Assembly: GCA_021836035.1 (NCBI GenBank)
Contig: JAKBJL010000004.1
Coordinates: 131,841-195,840 of the forward strand
Reading direction: 5' to 3'
Length of the DNA: 64,000 nt
Source: a bacterium
Lineage (GTDB): Bacteria > Patescibacteriota > Microgenomatia > JAMCZE01
Part shown: in pieces, positions 10,292 through 20,030 of the stretch
Layout: every line of letters begins with the position of its first letter
Numbering within the stretch: position 1 is the first letter of the stretch
The notes under the pieces: model-generated
What the model saw: only the letters and a program-made list of their open reading frames with translations
Database searches by the model: none
What the model was told of the DNA's origin: nothing
Program-made: the position numbers and the translations under genes

Positions 10292-10699
10292 ATGTTCAAA
10301 AAAATTGGTGCTACATTTTTGGCAGCCGCAATGATGACGGTATATACCCCGTCAGCATGGGCTGCCCCTTTTAACTCGACAAACAACCCCAATATAGTGG
10401 CAAATTACCCTAGCGGTAGTCATGGTATCGTAGGAGAAGATTCTCTCCACACCGGAGCGGATTTGGTCGTGGCCGCAGGCCAAAGCGGTAATTTCCAGCA
10501 ATGGTTTGTAGGTAACGGGGACGGTAACGTAAACGACGAGGGCGACCATAGTGTTTGGTTAAGCGTTGGTAACAGTACTTCCTGCCCATCCGGGTGGGAT
10601 TTATTAGTTAATGCGCAAAATAACTGGGGAAGCTACTTAAAACCCGGTAATTATTGCGTACACACCAATAATTTCCAAACCAATACTCCAACACCTTAA
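10292..10699 (+). CDS. secreted hypothetical protein
   Basis: SD GGGGGTGA, signal peptide ending AWA, downstream terminator. Confidence 0.75.
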   Translation: MFKKIGATFLAAAMMTVYTPSAWAAPFNSTNNPNIVANYPSGSHGIVGEDSLHTGADLVVAAGQSGNFQQWFVGNGDGNVNDEGDHSVWLSVGNSTSCPSGWDLLVNAQNNWGSYLKPGNYCVHTNNFQTNTPTP

Positions 10700-10725
10700 T
10701 TCGATGATGTTTTAAGAGTGTTAGT

Positions 10726-10756
10726 AAAATATCCCGATCAAGTATCGGGATATTTT
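10726..10756. terminator. bidirectional terminator
   Basis: AAAATATCCCGAT-caagt-ATCGGGATATTTT between convergent genes. Confidence 0.8.
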
Positions 10757-10776
10757 CGTCTAGAAAGAAATGCTTC

Positions 10777-12327
10777 CTAAGCTTGTCTTTTAAAAATCAG
10801 AATATCCGGAGAAGTATAAATTTTATAGAAATATTTATAAAGCAGTGGTTGAACTTGGGGGTTTTCATATATACCGTTCCAGATCGCATCACCCTTTTGC
10901 ATTACAATCCAACGGGCATATTTCTCCGGAGTTTTCAGAGAGTCTTCCCAATATGGTTTGTTACCGACATAGATCATATTATTCATAGGAACATTGCTTT
11001 TGGCTATACTGATAGTACGGGCATAATCATCCATCAGTACTAAGCCGTAATCATAATGGCCCGCTAGCCAGGTTTGAGCTTCCGGGTGTTTGGATGCGGA
11101 AAGCCCGAGCGTACCGTCGGCTAAAACAATAGGCATCCCGTATTGATTCAAACCATAATAAAGAAGACCGAAAGCAATTAAGAGTAATGTAACAAATTTC
11201 CCAATCCGATTTCGCCACTGAGACCAAAAATAAGCTGTAAAAACAGCCGCGAAGGGAACCATCATAATGCCGTAGCGGACATTAAATAATCGCCATTCAA
11301 ATGAAGCAGGAGTTAACTGCGGAATAAAAATTACCGACTGACCGATATAAAGCGTTGCGACATAAAATGTAAAAGGAACGGATAACAGAAGAATGACTAA
11401 CAATCTTTGCATACTTCTTTTCTGCCAGAGGAAGATGAACAATCCTAGAAGAGAGAGGATTGCTATCGGTATACCAATATTAGCCGCCGAAGTAACGGTA
11501 TAGTAAGCTAGGGAATTAGATAGGTTTTTATAGGCCGGCAACTCCCCTTTTGTTAGCCAGCTGTTTTGCTGCGACTTAGCCGAAAATGGGCTGCTGGTAA
11601 AGTATAAAGGATCTCCGAGAATTATACCGTCCCAAATAAACCAAAGAAGAATGCCAAGAAAAGACAAGGTAGCAAAAAGAATTAGTTTACCTTCCAACTC
11701 ACGAAAAGAAGAGGGTTTTCTAAAATAGAAAATAATTATGGCTAAGGCTTCAAATAGCACCAAAAACCAGCCATCGTAACGGGAAAGGGTGGCACAGAAA
11801 GCGAAAAAAGCAGCAAAAATAAGGACCGGGATATTACTTGAATCCTGAAAATATTTTATCAGATAAAATATGGAGGCTAAAAAGAAAGCTAGTAATGGCA
11901 ACTCTCCCATTGGTGTAGCTTGTAAATAAAGTACATTCTGATTAAGGGCAAATATAAAAGCACCAATAAGTCCCGCGATTTTATTACCGGTAAGAAGATT
12001 GGTAATCTTATAAATGAAATACCCGGCAAAAATATATGCAGCTCCCGAAACAATTGAACCTGCTAAACCGGTATGCCAGAGAAAATCCCATTTAACAAAG
12101 GGAATCATTAATATATGAGGTAAAGGCAACCAGATACCTCCCAGTTGCGCCATTCCCGGCGTTAGGCTGTCTACTACCCTTTTAGCAATATTTATATGCG
12201 ATTCCGCATCGCCGTAGGCCAGAATAGTACCCTGGTGGAAATAATAAATAGTGGAGACGGTGCTTAAAATCGCTAATATTATCGTTAAAAGTAACTCCGG
12301 GTGTTTGGTAAGAGATAACTTTTCCAT
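10777..12327 (-). CDS. polytopic membrane glycosyltransferase (GT-C, ArnT/PMT-like)
   Basis: YGDAESH, WLPLPH, RYDGW, many TM segments. Confidence 0.75.
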   Translation of the reverse strand: MEKLSLTKHPELLLTIILAILSTVSTIYYFHQGTILAYGDAESHINIAKRVVDSLTPGMAQLGGIWLPLPHILMIPFVKWDFLWHTGLAGSIVSGAAYIFAGYFIYKITNLLTGNKIAGLIGAFIFALNQNVLYLQATPMGELPLLAFFLASIFYLIKYFQDSSNIPVLIFAAFFAFCATLSRYDGWFLVLFEALAIIIFYFRKPSSFRELEGKLILFATLSFLGILLWFIWDGIILGDPLYFTSSPFSAKSQQNSWLTKGELPAYKNLSNSLAYYTVTSAANIGIPIAILSLLGLFIFLWQKRSMQRLLVILLLSVPFTFYVATLYIGQSVIFIPQLTPASFEWRLFNVRYGIMMVPFAAVFTAYFWSQWRNRIGKFVTLLLIAFGLLYYGLNQYGMPIVLADGTLGLSASKHPEAQTWLAGHYDYGLVLMDDYARTISIAKSNVPMNNMIYVGNKPYWEDSLKTPEKYARWIVMQKGDAIWNGIYENPQVQPLLYKYFYKIYTSPDILIFKRQA

Positions 12328-12352
12328 AATTTAACCCTCCTTTTATCGTTAA

Positions 12353-13969
12353 TTAATAAGGCGCGCCGGCAGTAGTAGTCGGCGATATTGCTGGAGGGAG
12401 ATTTACCTTTTGCAAATGAAATCCGTGAATAGTTTTGGCCCAATAGTGCGGTTGGATTAATATTTCATATAAAGCGACCCAGGAAGCAAGGCTCATCCCC
12501 GCCCAGTAAAACGGTACTAGAAAGGCATATTTAACCAAATCATATTGCTCGCGGCGGAGGGAACCGATCATATAAGCATAAATATAAATGAAATTACCGG
12601 CCAGCAAGGAAAAGATCGCTAAGTAAAAAATCGGTCCGGGGAAAAAAGACTCAATTAGGTGCCCCGCTTGCGGACGAAAAAGAAAATAAGCTATCGTCAC
12701 GATCCACATAAAGGAATTAACCAGGGTAGTAAAAGTTTTACCTCCGACTACCAACTGAAATACGGCAAAATTATACTTTTGACCATTCTGCCAATATTGT
12801 CCGGGGTGGCGCATATGGACAAAATAAGTCTGGAGATAACCTTTTATCCAGCGGGTACGCTGGTGAAACCAGTTAAGAACACGGCTATTGGCTTCCTCAA
12901 GGGTCACGGAATCAAAAATAGCCGTACGATAACCCCTTTCCGCTATCCTGATGCCCAAATCGCAGTCTTCGGTAACATTATAAGCATCCCAGCCTAAAAG
13001 CCTCCGTAGATAAACTGTCCGGAAGTGGTTAGAGGTCCCCCCGAGCGGAATAGGAGCACTGATAGATTGCAGACCGGTCAAAATCAGATCAAACCAAAGG
13101 GCGTATTCCGCGGTAAAAAGACGGGTGAGCATATTTTGCCTCGGATTATAGAAATTTAGCTTTGCTTGAACGCAAACCGTATCATTATTCGTCTTGGCAA
13201 AAGCCAGAATAGCCTTCTTCAGCTGTAAAGGTTCGGGTACGTCCTCGGCATCGTAAATGACCAAAAACTCCCCTTTAGCCATTTTCAAGCCATAATTGAG
13301 AGCCTTAGGCTTGGTTTTTGGCCGTGAATCCGGAATAGTGACTATTTTCATGTCTTTTGGCAAGTTCATTTCATATGCCTTCGCTAGGGTTTTCCTATCG
13401 TTTTCTTCAAGCAACAAAAGTATTTGCAGTTTATCGTGGGGATAATCCAAATTTGCCATTGCCCCGACAAACTGTGGAAGTACCTGCCACTCTTTATAGA
13501 GAGGACAAAGTATTGTATAAGTTGGCCAGTGATTTAGCTTTTCAGCTTTGGCTAAAGCTTCATCAGTAATTTTAATTTCCGGATTGCGTGCAAAACTACG
13601 GAAAATCAGGATGAAACTAAACAGCATATCGGCAAAATAAAAGAGGGTAAAACCGCCGATAATTATTAAGATTGTGGCATGCCAATTAAAAAGCAGTGAT
13701 ACGATAAAAATTATAACGCCAAGAGAAAAAGCTAATATTTGCGTCTGCGAGAGGCGGTAAAAAGCAGATTCCGTCAACGGCAAATCCGTGTATTTCCGGT
13801 TTTTTCTTTTGGATCCAGAGTTTCCTTCCCGCGTTCTGAGCAGCAGGGTTAGTTCGTAATAAGACATATTAATATGGGTCTTTTTAAGATATCGGTTGCT
13901 AATTCCAAGAAAGTGATAAGCAGGTAAGAGAAGGGTAAGCGGTTGCCGATTTAAATCTGAAGAGGGCAC
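12353..13969 (-). CDS. processive GT2 glycosyltransferase (cellulose-synthase-like)
   Basis: PLYKE, KPKALN, YDAED, TED, QRTRW; start may be ATG 13867. Confidence 0.9.
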   Translation of the reverse strand: MPSSDLNRQPLTLLLPAYHFLGISNRYLKKTHINMSYYELTLLLRTREGNSGSKRKNRKYTDLPLTESAFYRLSQTQILAFSLGVIIFIVSLLFNWHATILIIIGGFTLFYFADMLFSFILIFRSFARNPEIKITDEALAKAEKLNHWPTYTILCPLYKEWQVLPQFVGAMANLDYPHDKLQILLLLEENDRKTLAKAYEMNLPKDMKIVTIPDSRPKTKPKALNYGLKMAKGEFLVIYDAEDVPEPLQLKKAILAFAKTNNDTVCVQAKLNFYNPRQNMLTRLFTAEYALWFDLILTGLQSISAPIPLGGTSNHFRTVYLRRLLGWDAYNVTEDCDLGIRIAERGYRTAIFDSVTLEEANSRVLNWFHQRTRWIKGYLQTYFVHMRHPGQYWQNGQKYNFAVFQLVVGGKTFTTLVNSFMWIVTIAYFLFRPQAGHLIESFFPGPIFYLAIFSLLAGNFIYIYAYMIGSLRREQYDLVKYAFLVPFYWAGMSLASWVALYEILIQPHYWAKTIHGFHLQKVNLPPAISPTTTAGAPY

Positions 13970-13992
13970 AAATGGTATAATTTGCTTATTAA

Positions 13993-14065
13993 GGTGGTAT
14001 TAGCTCAACGGTAGAGCGCTACCCTGTGGAGGTAGATGTTGCCGGTTCGAATCCGGTATACCACC
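13993..14065 (+). tRNA. tRNA-His (GTG) with encoded G-1
   Basis: Acceptor GTGGTAT/ATACCAC, anticodon arm CTACC-CTGTGGA-GGTAG, TTCGAAT T-loop, C discriminator. Confidence 0.95.
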
Positions 14066-14277
14066 CTTGCCAATTTACCTACAATCCGAAAATCTTGGAA
14101 AGACCCACATTCCGAAACTCTTTTTACTTGGGAAATGGGAGCTGTCCGTAATTTTCTAGGTTTAATAGCTCTGCAAAGCTATTCACTGCTAACTTGGTTA
14201 TACCCTGTTACTAACCTTATTATTAACATTATTGAAAGTAGTTTGTTAATTTATAGAAGAAAACAAATAAAAGCAAA

Positions 14278-14850
14278 ATGAAATTTGTAATTTTACACGG
14301 GACAATGGGGTCGCCTAATAGAAATTGGTTCCCTTGGCTGGCAAAAGAATTGGAAAAGCTCGGCCAAACTGTAGTTCGTCCAGGGCTACCAACACCTAAA
14401 GGTCAAAATCCAGAGGAATGGACTAAAGTTATTAAAGAAACGATTAACTCGTTTGGGGATGATGATGAAATTGTAATCGTAGCTCATTCAATGTCTCCCT
14501 GGGCAAGTTGTTATTATCTAGGAGAAACAAATAATAAAATTAAATACGCTTTTTTTGTTTCACCTTTTGCTGAACAAATTGATAATGAAGAGCCTTTTAA
14601 GTCTCTTATTCAACCTTTTGCTGATGGGAAAGTGAATTGGGATAAAGTAAAAGAAAATTGTAAGGATATTATTTGTTTTGTGGGTGATAATGACCCTTAT
14701 GTTTCCCTTGATGTTGCTAAAAGGTTTGTTAAATTGTCAGGAGCCAAACAGTTAATAATTGTTCCTAAGGGTGGTCATCTTAATGAGGAATTTGGATACA
14801 CTTCTTTTTCGTTACTATTGGACACGATTAGAAATGAGCTAAAAATATGA
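14278..14850 (+). CDS. RBBP9/YdeN-family alpha/beta hydrolase
   Basis: ILHG, NWFPWL, AHSMS, DNDPYV, GGHLN. Confidence 0.88.
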   Translation: MKFVILHGTMGSPNRNWFPWLAKELEKLGQTVVRPGLPTPKGQNPEEWTKVIKETINSFGDDDEIVIVAHSMSPWASCYYLGETNNKIKYAFFVSPFAEQIDNEEPFKSLIQPFADGKVNWDKVKENCKDIICFVGDNDPYVSLDVAKRFVKLSGAKQLIIVPKGGHLNEEFGYTSFSLLLDTIRNELKI

Positions 14851-15572
14851 AAGACAAATTTGCAGTTGTAACGGGAGCTTCTACGGGAATTGGTAGAGCT
14901 ATCGCTCTAGCTTTAGCTAAAGAGGGTGCGTATGTATCTTTGGTTGGAAAAAATGAAGAAAAACTTCTAGAAACGAACAATTTGATTAAGGAAATCGGTG
15001 GTAAATCAAAGGTGTTTATCTGTGATTTGGCAAATGATAGTTCGCTAGAGGCTCTAATTGCCTCAATAAAGAACGAAACAAAAAGAGTTGATGTTTTGGC
15101 TAATGTAGCGGGTATATGGCACGGAAAGGATGAAGTTTATGCAGGCAAGGACTTTGAAAGTTTTGATGAAAAGGTTGTTCTGGATACTTATTCAGTTGGT
15201 TTAATCGCACCAACACTCTTGGCTCACGCTTTTATTCCTTTAATGCCTAGCGGAAGCACAATAATCAACCTTTCTGGAACTTTTGAGAATGGTGGAAAAG
15301 GTTGGCTTCCTTATTATGTGTCGAAGCGGGCGATTGAGGATTTAACTATTTGTCTTTCACAAGAGTTGGCTGATAAAGGTGTTAGAGTTAATTGCGTATC
15401 CCCGTCTGACACAGCCACAGAGGAATATGAGCGGTTCTTTCCTGATGATGCAAAAGATGCCCAAACTCCAGAGGAAGTAGCTAAATTATTTGTTGAATTA
15501 GTTAATAATGATGAGACTGGAAAAGTATTTGTCATCAAAAAAGGTAGAGTTGAGGAGGGATTTCACAAATGA
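14847..15572 (+). CDS. SDR-family oxidoreductase
   Basis: TGASTGIG, NVAG, YYVSK (YxxxK), VRVNCVSP. Confidence 0.92.
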   Translation: MKDKFAVVTGASTGIGRAIALALAKEGAYVSLVGKNEEKLLETNNLIKEIGGKSKVFICDLANDSSLEALIASIKNETKRVDVLANVAGIWHGKDEVYAGKDFESFDEKVVLDTYSVGLIAPTLLAHAFIPLMPSGSTIINLSGTFENGGKGWLPYYVSKRAIEDLTICLSQELADKGVRVNCVSPSDTATEEYERFFPDDAKDAQTPEEVAKLFVELVNNDETGKVFVIKKGRVEEGFHK

Positions 15573-15778
15573 AGCAAGTCAAATTTGTTTATTTTGATTT
15601 GGGTGGCGTTGCTATTCTAGATTTTTCGGGCACAGACAAATGGTCTCAACTTAAAATGGAGTTAGGGATAGGTGCCGAAAAGGAAAAACAATTTGAGGAT
15701 TGGCAAACCCTTCTTTATGATTCATCTAAACCAGATGATTCCAGTAAAAGACTTATGGAAGTTTGGAATAGTTTATAA
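15569..15778 (+). pseudogene. internally deleted HAD-family hydrolase
   Basis: Motif I (YFDLGGV) present but only 69 aa; other HAD motifs absent. Confidence 0.6.
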
Positions 15779-15800
15779 TGGGGGTTAAGTCGGGCGGATT

Positions 15801-15875
15801 TAAGACTAATTGGAGCGTATCTAGTGATACATCAAACTCAAGCTGTTTAGTTCCAAATAAGTCTGCTAACCGACC
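15801..15875 (-). repeat. degenerate coding-tail repeat, copy 1
   Basis: Translates GRLADLFGTKQLEFDVSLDTLQLVL; aligns without gaps to 16532-16606. Confidence 0.6.
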
Positions 15876-15926
15876 TAAATTAGCTACAGATATTGACATC
15901 TCCTGTCGTTTAATAAATACTGAATT

Positions 15927-16532
15927 GTGAGACAAAAAGGATTTGCCCCAATAATTATTCTTTTAGTAATTTTTGTCCTAGTAGCCGCTGGTTATTTTGC
16001 ATACACAAATAGGTATTTTGTAAAAAACTCCCCCGCGCCGGTACCTATTCCCGTGCCAACATTGATCGTAAAACCCCCATCTTCCCCCGACCCGACTGCT
16101 AATTGGAAAACGTATAGTAATCCAAAAATCTTTTTTCAGTTTAAATATCCTAGTGACTATACTCTGGCCGACGTTAGTCCTAACGAAGGGCAAAAGGGTA
16201 AGTATGTAATCAATGTTAGTAGTCCTACCACTCCTAATGAAGGAAATACTTTTCAAAAAAATGAATTAGGTATCACAATATTTGTTCAACCTGAAAATTT
16301 CACAAGATATTCATGCTCTGATATTGGCTGCGGCAAAATAACTGAAAAAAATATCAAAATTGGTGACGTTGAAGTTGTTCAAAGAGATATTCTAGGAAGC
16401 CCAGCGGGAGAAAGTAGCGAGTATTATTTCACAGTCAACAATCTATATTATAAAATAGACAAGTACCCCTTTTTATCTTCCCGCGATGAAGAATTTAACC
16501 TAATCCTCTCCACGTTTAAATTTACGCAGTAG
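15927..16532 (+). CDS. membrane-anchored WKTY...ILSTFKF (PsbP-like) surface protein
   Basis: Pilin-like N-terminus KGFAPIIILL, Pro-rich linker, ANWKTY, FKYP, ILSTFKFTQ; TTGACA-N17-AATACT just before the start (leaderless). Confidence 0.8.
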   Translation: MRQKGFAPIIILLVIFVLVAAGYFAYTNRYFVKNSPAPVPIPVPTLIVKPPSSPDPTANWKTYSNPKIFFQFKYPSDYTLADVSPNEGQKGKYVINVSSPTTPNEGNTFQKNELGITIFVQPENFTRYSCSDIGCGKITEKNIKIGDVEVVQRDILGSPAGESSEYYFTVNNLYYKIDKYPFLSSRDEEFNLILSTFKFTQ

Positions 16533-16606
16533 AATATTTTCTCAATTCCTTCAAGAGAAACCCCAAAATGAACCCGTCTAGTTCTAAATACGTCCACCAA
16601 GCGAAA
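16532..16606 (-). repeat. degenerate coding-tail repeat, copy 2
   Basis: Translates FRLVDVFRTRRVHFGVSLEGIEKIF; several differences from copy 1 are synonymous. Confidence 0.6.
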
Positions 16607-16654
16607 CACTACCCTATAGTTGACTAACTTACTAATAGCTCCTATAATTTCTTC

Positions 16655-17362
16655 ATGGCTGAGTGGCTTCCAATTACCAGTCTTAATCCTGAAACCCAAA
16701 GAGAAAAAGCCAGGGGAAGGCAAATATTTTTACGAAGCGAAAATCCAGCTGTTTATTCGCAAATAGCAGAACTTCTTGCAAGTGGATATGCCTTAACTAT
16801 GGATAATCTTAGAGCTATTTACCTAAGCAACGGTTATTCACCGGCGTCTTCAAAAAATTTTATCACTCAAGCTGAAACAGGACGTTTTACTCGAGAAACC
16901 GGAGTTACTGTTTCAGGAGTTAGAATTAATAATCAAAAGGTCTTCTTTAACGGCAGTCTAGCCCCTAAAGATACTGACCTCGAAGTTGTTGCGGCCGAAG
17001 TGTTGACTCAAAAAGTGATAAAGCGAAAAAAGGGAAAAATTATTAATGGTTCTCAAAGTGCACCCACCTCTCCCAGCAGGGCTCTTAAGGTGGAAAATTT
17101 AATTAACGAGCCGGGCTTCCCGTTTTCGGTGGCCAGAATAACTGTAACTGGTACAAATGAACCTACGATAAATTCTTACTGTGACACCACTTATTATGTA
17201 ATAGATGGTAAAGGTCGTTTTATCATTGACGGCCAAGAACAGATGGTAGAACCTGGAGAGCTTGTAGTTATACCCAGAGAAACACCCTATCTGGATTATG
17301 GGGAGCCAGTTTTAGGACTTTTAGCGGTCTCTTGGCCAAGATTTCCAGGAAATTTTGGCTGA
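16655..17362 (+). CDS. hypothetical protein with C-terminal cupin domain
   Basis: YYVIDGKGRFIIDG...VEPGELVVIP; TTGACT-N17-TATAAT ends 6 nt before the ATG. Confidence 0.7.
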   Translation: MAEWLPITSLNPETQREKARGRQIFLRSENPAVYSQIAELLASGYALTMDNLRAIYLSNGYSPASSKNFITQAETGRFTRETGVTVSGVRINNQKVFFNGSLAPKDTDLEVVAAEVLTQKVIKRKKGKIINGSQSAPTSPSRALKVENLINEPGFPFSVARITVTGTNEPTINSYCDTTYYVIDGKGRFIIDGQEQMVEPGELVVIPRETPYLDYGEPVLGLLAVSWPRFPGNFG

Positions 17363-17431
17363 AACAAACACACGGCTTATTTCTGTCATTGGCTGTATAA
17401 TTGATTCTAACTGATCGTCAGCAATGACCCC

Positions 17432-17875
17432 ATGAAAATATTTTGGAAAGCGACATGGCTAAAATTCCTTCCTGTTATTTTAAAGAATGAAAATGAAGAT
17501 ATTGTTGGTGAGATAAAATCTTGGAACAAACTAGTCTACCAAGGGGCTGAATATAATTTTGAATTTGTACCTAAACCAATTAGTAAAGCATTTACTACTA
17601 ATAAAATCCGCGTATTTAAAGGTTTGACCGAAGAGGTCGCGGAAATAATTGATCCTCAATGGCTAAGGAAGATACAAATCGTTGTTTCGAGTCAAGAAAT
17701 ATTTGAAATGTCTCCAAAATTATCATCCGGGGAAAATTATGATGTTAATCATAATAACACTAAAATAGGAGAATTCAGGGAACGGTATTTTGCTCCAACA
17801 GCAAGAGGCCATCTTGAATTAGATGAATCGCAAGTAAATAACATCCCGTTAATTGCGTCTGTTTTATACCGCTGA
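17432..17875 (+). CDS. hypothetical beta-rich protein
   Basis: 147-aa ORF with ATG start. Confidence 0.55.
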   Translation: MKIFWKATWLKFLPVILKNENEDIVGEIKSWNKLVYQGAEYNFEFVPKPISKAFTTNKIRVFKGLTEEVAEIIDPQWLRKIQIVVSSQEIFEMSPKLSSGENYDVNHNNTKIGEFRERYFAPTARGHLELDESQVNNIPLIASVLYR

Positions 17876-18052
17876 GTTTATAACTTGATGATAGGGTAGT
17901 AAGCCACTTAATTTAGTCTAACTTAACCCTCCGCGAACTTAAAACTAAAAGGATATAACCTGTTCTGGGTACGAGCTTTTTCGGTCCATTCGCCCCAAAG
18001 TATTTAGATTCAAATAATGCAACCATTAACGGCATGCTCGTGCTCAAAGCGG

Positions 18053-18298
18053 TTATTCTTTTTCTCCCAAAATTACTTTGCGGCGTTCGGGGTTTTGAAT
18101 TATCTTTTCCGGTGATTTGGCAGCGGTACGTGAGAATTCTCCCCTTAAGTCAAGCAATTTTCTCCCTTCCGGGTGCAAGGCAGACAAAGGTGTGCCCTCA
18201 ATTCCTAACTCATCCTGAATCTCTCTTAGTTCCAAGCGACTGGCCTTTCGGTTCTTTTTATTTCTGTTTTTGACGCGAGGAAGGATACTTTTTCTCAT
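18053..18298 (-). CDS. small basic hypothetical protein
   Basis: 81-aa ORF with a TATACT -10-like box shortly upstream. Confidence 0.4.
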   Translation of the reverse strand: MRKSILPRVKNRNKKNRKASRLELREIQDELGIEGTPLSALHPEGRKLLDLRGEFSRTAAKSPEKIIQNPERRKVILGEKE

Positions 18299-18349
18299 TT
18301 ACCAAGTATAATAACGTAACCTATATATATCGAAGGTAAATAATATTAT

Positions 18350-18562
18350 ATGCTTATTATGTCTAATGTTGAAAGGGCTCATGCACTTAACCAGCTGAAA
18401 ATACTTTCCATGACTATTAAGATGGAGCAAAATCCTTTTGTCAAACATCACTTAACCATGCTGGTAATCCGGCTTAGTAAAGAAGCTGATGTATTGTTGC
18501 CGGAATTAATGGAGCTTATTACTTTGGGAGAAAAAGAAGCAGATATTACCCTGCGTAACTAA
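18350..18562 (+). CDS. small hypothetical protein
   Basis: 70-aa helical-looking ORF filling the gap before the gatB stop. Confidence 0.45.
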   Translation: MLIMSNVERAHALNQLKILSMTIKMEQNPFVKHHLTMLVIRLSKEADVLLPELMELITLGEKEADITLRN

Positions 18563-18582
18563 TAGCCGTATAATAAAATTTA

Positions 18583-19983
18583 TTAAAATAGTTGCTTTTC
18601 CAGCTCTTTACGAATCAATTCTTTATCCACTCCAGGCAGCAGTTTAATAACAGCTCCCATCAAAAATCCCAGCGCTGTCTTTTTCCCCTTTTGATAATCA
18701 TTAACCGCCTGCTTGTTCGCGCCTAAAACTTCTTTTACTATTCCCGATAATTTTCCCTCATCTACCGCGGCAATGGTATTTGCCCGGATAATTTTTGCTA
18801 TCAACTCTGCCGGTAAAGTATTTTCCGTTTCTATCCGCTTATTAATCAGCCAGTTGGCAATTGTTTTTACAATATTACCGGTCTTGAGCTGGCCAATTTC
18901 TCCTGCAGCCTTCACTGCTTCTTCAAAATAATCACCCAGTTCCTGGTTTTCCGTTAATATTCCCGCGTCATAATCAGAAAGACTGTAATCTCTCTGGAAG
19001 CGGACTAATTTTTGATCCGGTAATTCCGGTATTTGTTTTTTGATTATCGCTAACTGCTCATTATCCAAAACTATCGGGGGGATATCCGGTTCGGGAAAAT
19101 AACGGTAGTCATGAGCCTCTTCCTTCTCCCGCTGGGGGAATGTGACGTTTTTTTCCTCATTCCAGCCTCGCGTTTGTTGGGGGATTTTCTCGCCCTTTTC
19201 CAGAAGATCGGTCTGTCTTTTTATTTCGTACTCTAATGCCTTTCTGGCAAATCTAAAGGAATTAATGTTTTTCAGTTCAACACGATAATCCGGTAATTGA
19301 TCATTGGGCATCGGAAATTGGATTTGGCCATTATTTTTATTGACCCGAATTGAAATACTGGGTTCTATCCTCATACTTCCCTTTTCCATATCCGCTTGAG
19401 ATATCCCCAAATACCTGATAATTTTTTGCAATTTTTTAAGATATAGATCTACCTCCTCAAGGCTGCGGAAATCCGGTTCGGTTACAATTTCAACCAGAGG
19501 GACACCGCTGCGATTGAAATCCACTAAAGTAACCTTTTCGCCGCCAATTTCCGTATGCTGCAATTTTCCCGTATCCTCTTCCAGATGCACTCTCCTAATA
19601 CGTATAACTTTTTGCTGCGAGACGGTTGACATTAACGCCGATTTGATCGCGGTTAGCTTTAAGCATCCGTCGTAGCCGAATGGTTCCTCGAATTGCGTAA
19701 TTTGATATCCCTTGGGCAAATCGGGATAAAAATAATTTTTCCGGTCAAAGTGTGAATGCTGATTGATACGGCAATCAAGAGCCATAGCCAGCATTAACGT
19801 CCAGTCGATTGCTTTTTTATTCGGTACCGGCAGCGCTCCGGGAAGTCCCAAACATACGGGGCAGGTATGCGTATTTGGTTCTACTCCAAAATGTTCCGCG
19901 CTGCAGCCACAAAACATTTTGCTCACCGTCGCTAATTCTACATGTACTTCCAAACCGATAATTGTTTGATATCCTATAGGCAT
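18583..19983 (-). CDS. gatB: Asp/Glu-tRNA amidotransferase subunit B
   Basis: IGLEVHVEL, FDRKNYFYPDLPKGYQI, DFNRSGVPLVEIVTEPD, DYRYFPEPDIP. Confidence 0.98.
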   Translation of the reverse strand: MPIGYQTIIGLEVHVELATVSKMFCGCSAEHFGVEPNTHTCPVCLGLPGALPVPNKKAIDWTLMLAMALDCRINQHSHFDRKNYFYPDLPKGYQITQFEEPFGYDGCLKLTAIKSALMSTVSQQKVIRIRRVHLEEDTGKLQHTEIGGEKVTLVDFNRSGVPLVEIVTEPDFRSLEEVDLYLKKLQKIIRYLGISQADMEKGSMRIEPSISIRVNKNNGQIQFPMPNDQLPDYRVELKNINSFRFARKALEYEIKRQTDLLEKGEKIPQQTRGWNEEKNVTFPQREKEEAHDYRYFPEPDIPPIVLDNEQLAIIKKQIPELPDQKLVRFQRDYSLSDYDAGILTENQELGDYFEEAVKAAGEIGQLKTGNIVKTIANWLINKRIETENTLPAELIAKIIRANTIAAVDEGKLSGIVKEVLGANKQAVNDYQKGKKTALGFLMGAVIKLLPGVDKELIRKELEKQLF

Positions 19984-20030
19984 AAGAAAAAGACCTCCCT
20001 TAAGCTTTGCATTATTTTTGTCTTATTAAT

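Noticed and set aside
14036-14281. 81-aa ORF
   Set aside because: Begins inside tRNA-His and has no recognisable features
14278-18562. Classical integron cassette array
   Set aside because: No intI gene and no convincing attC palindromes seen
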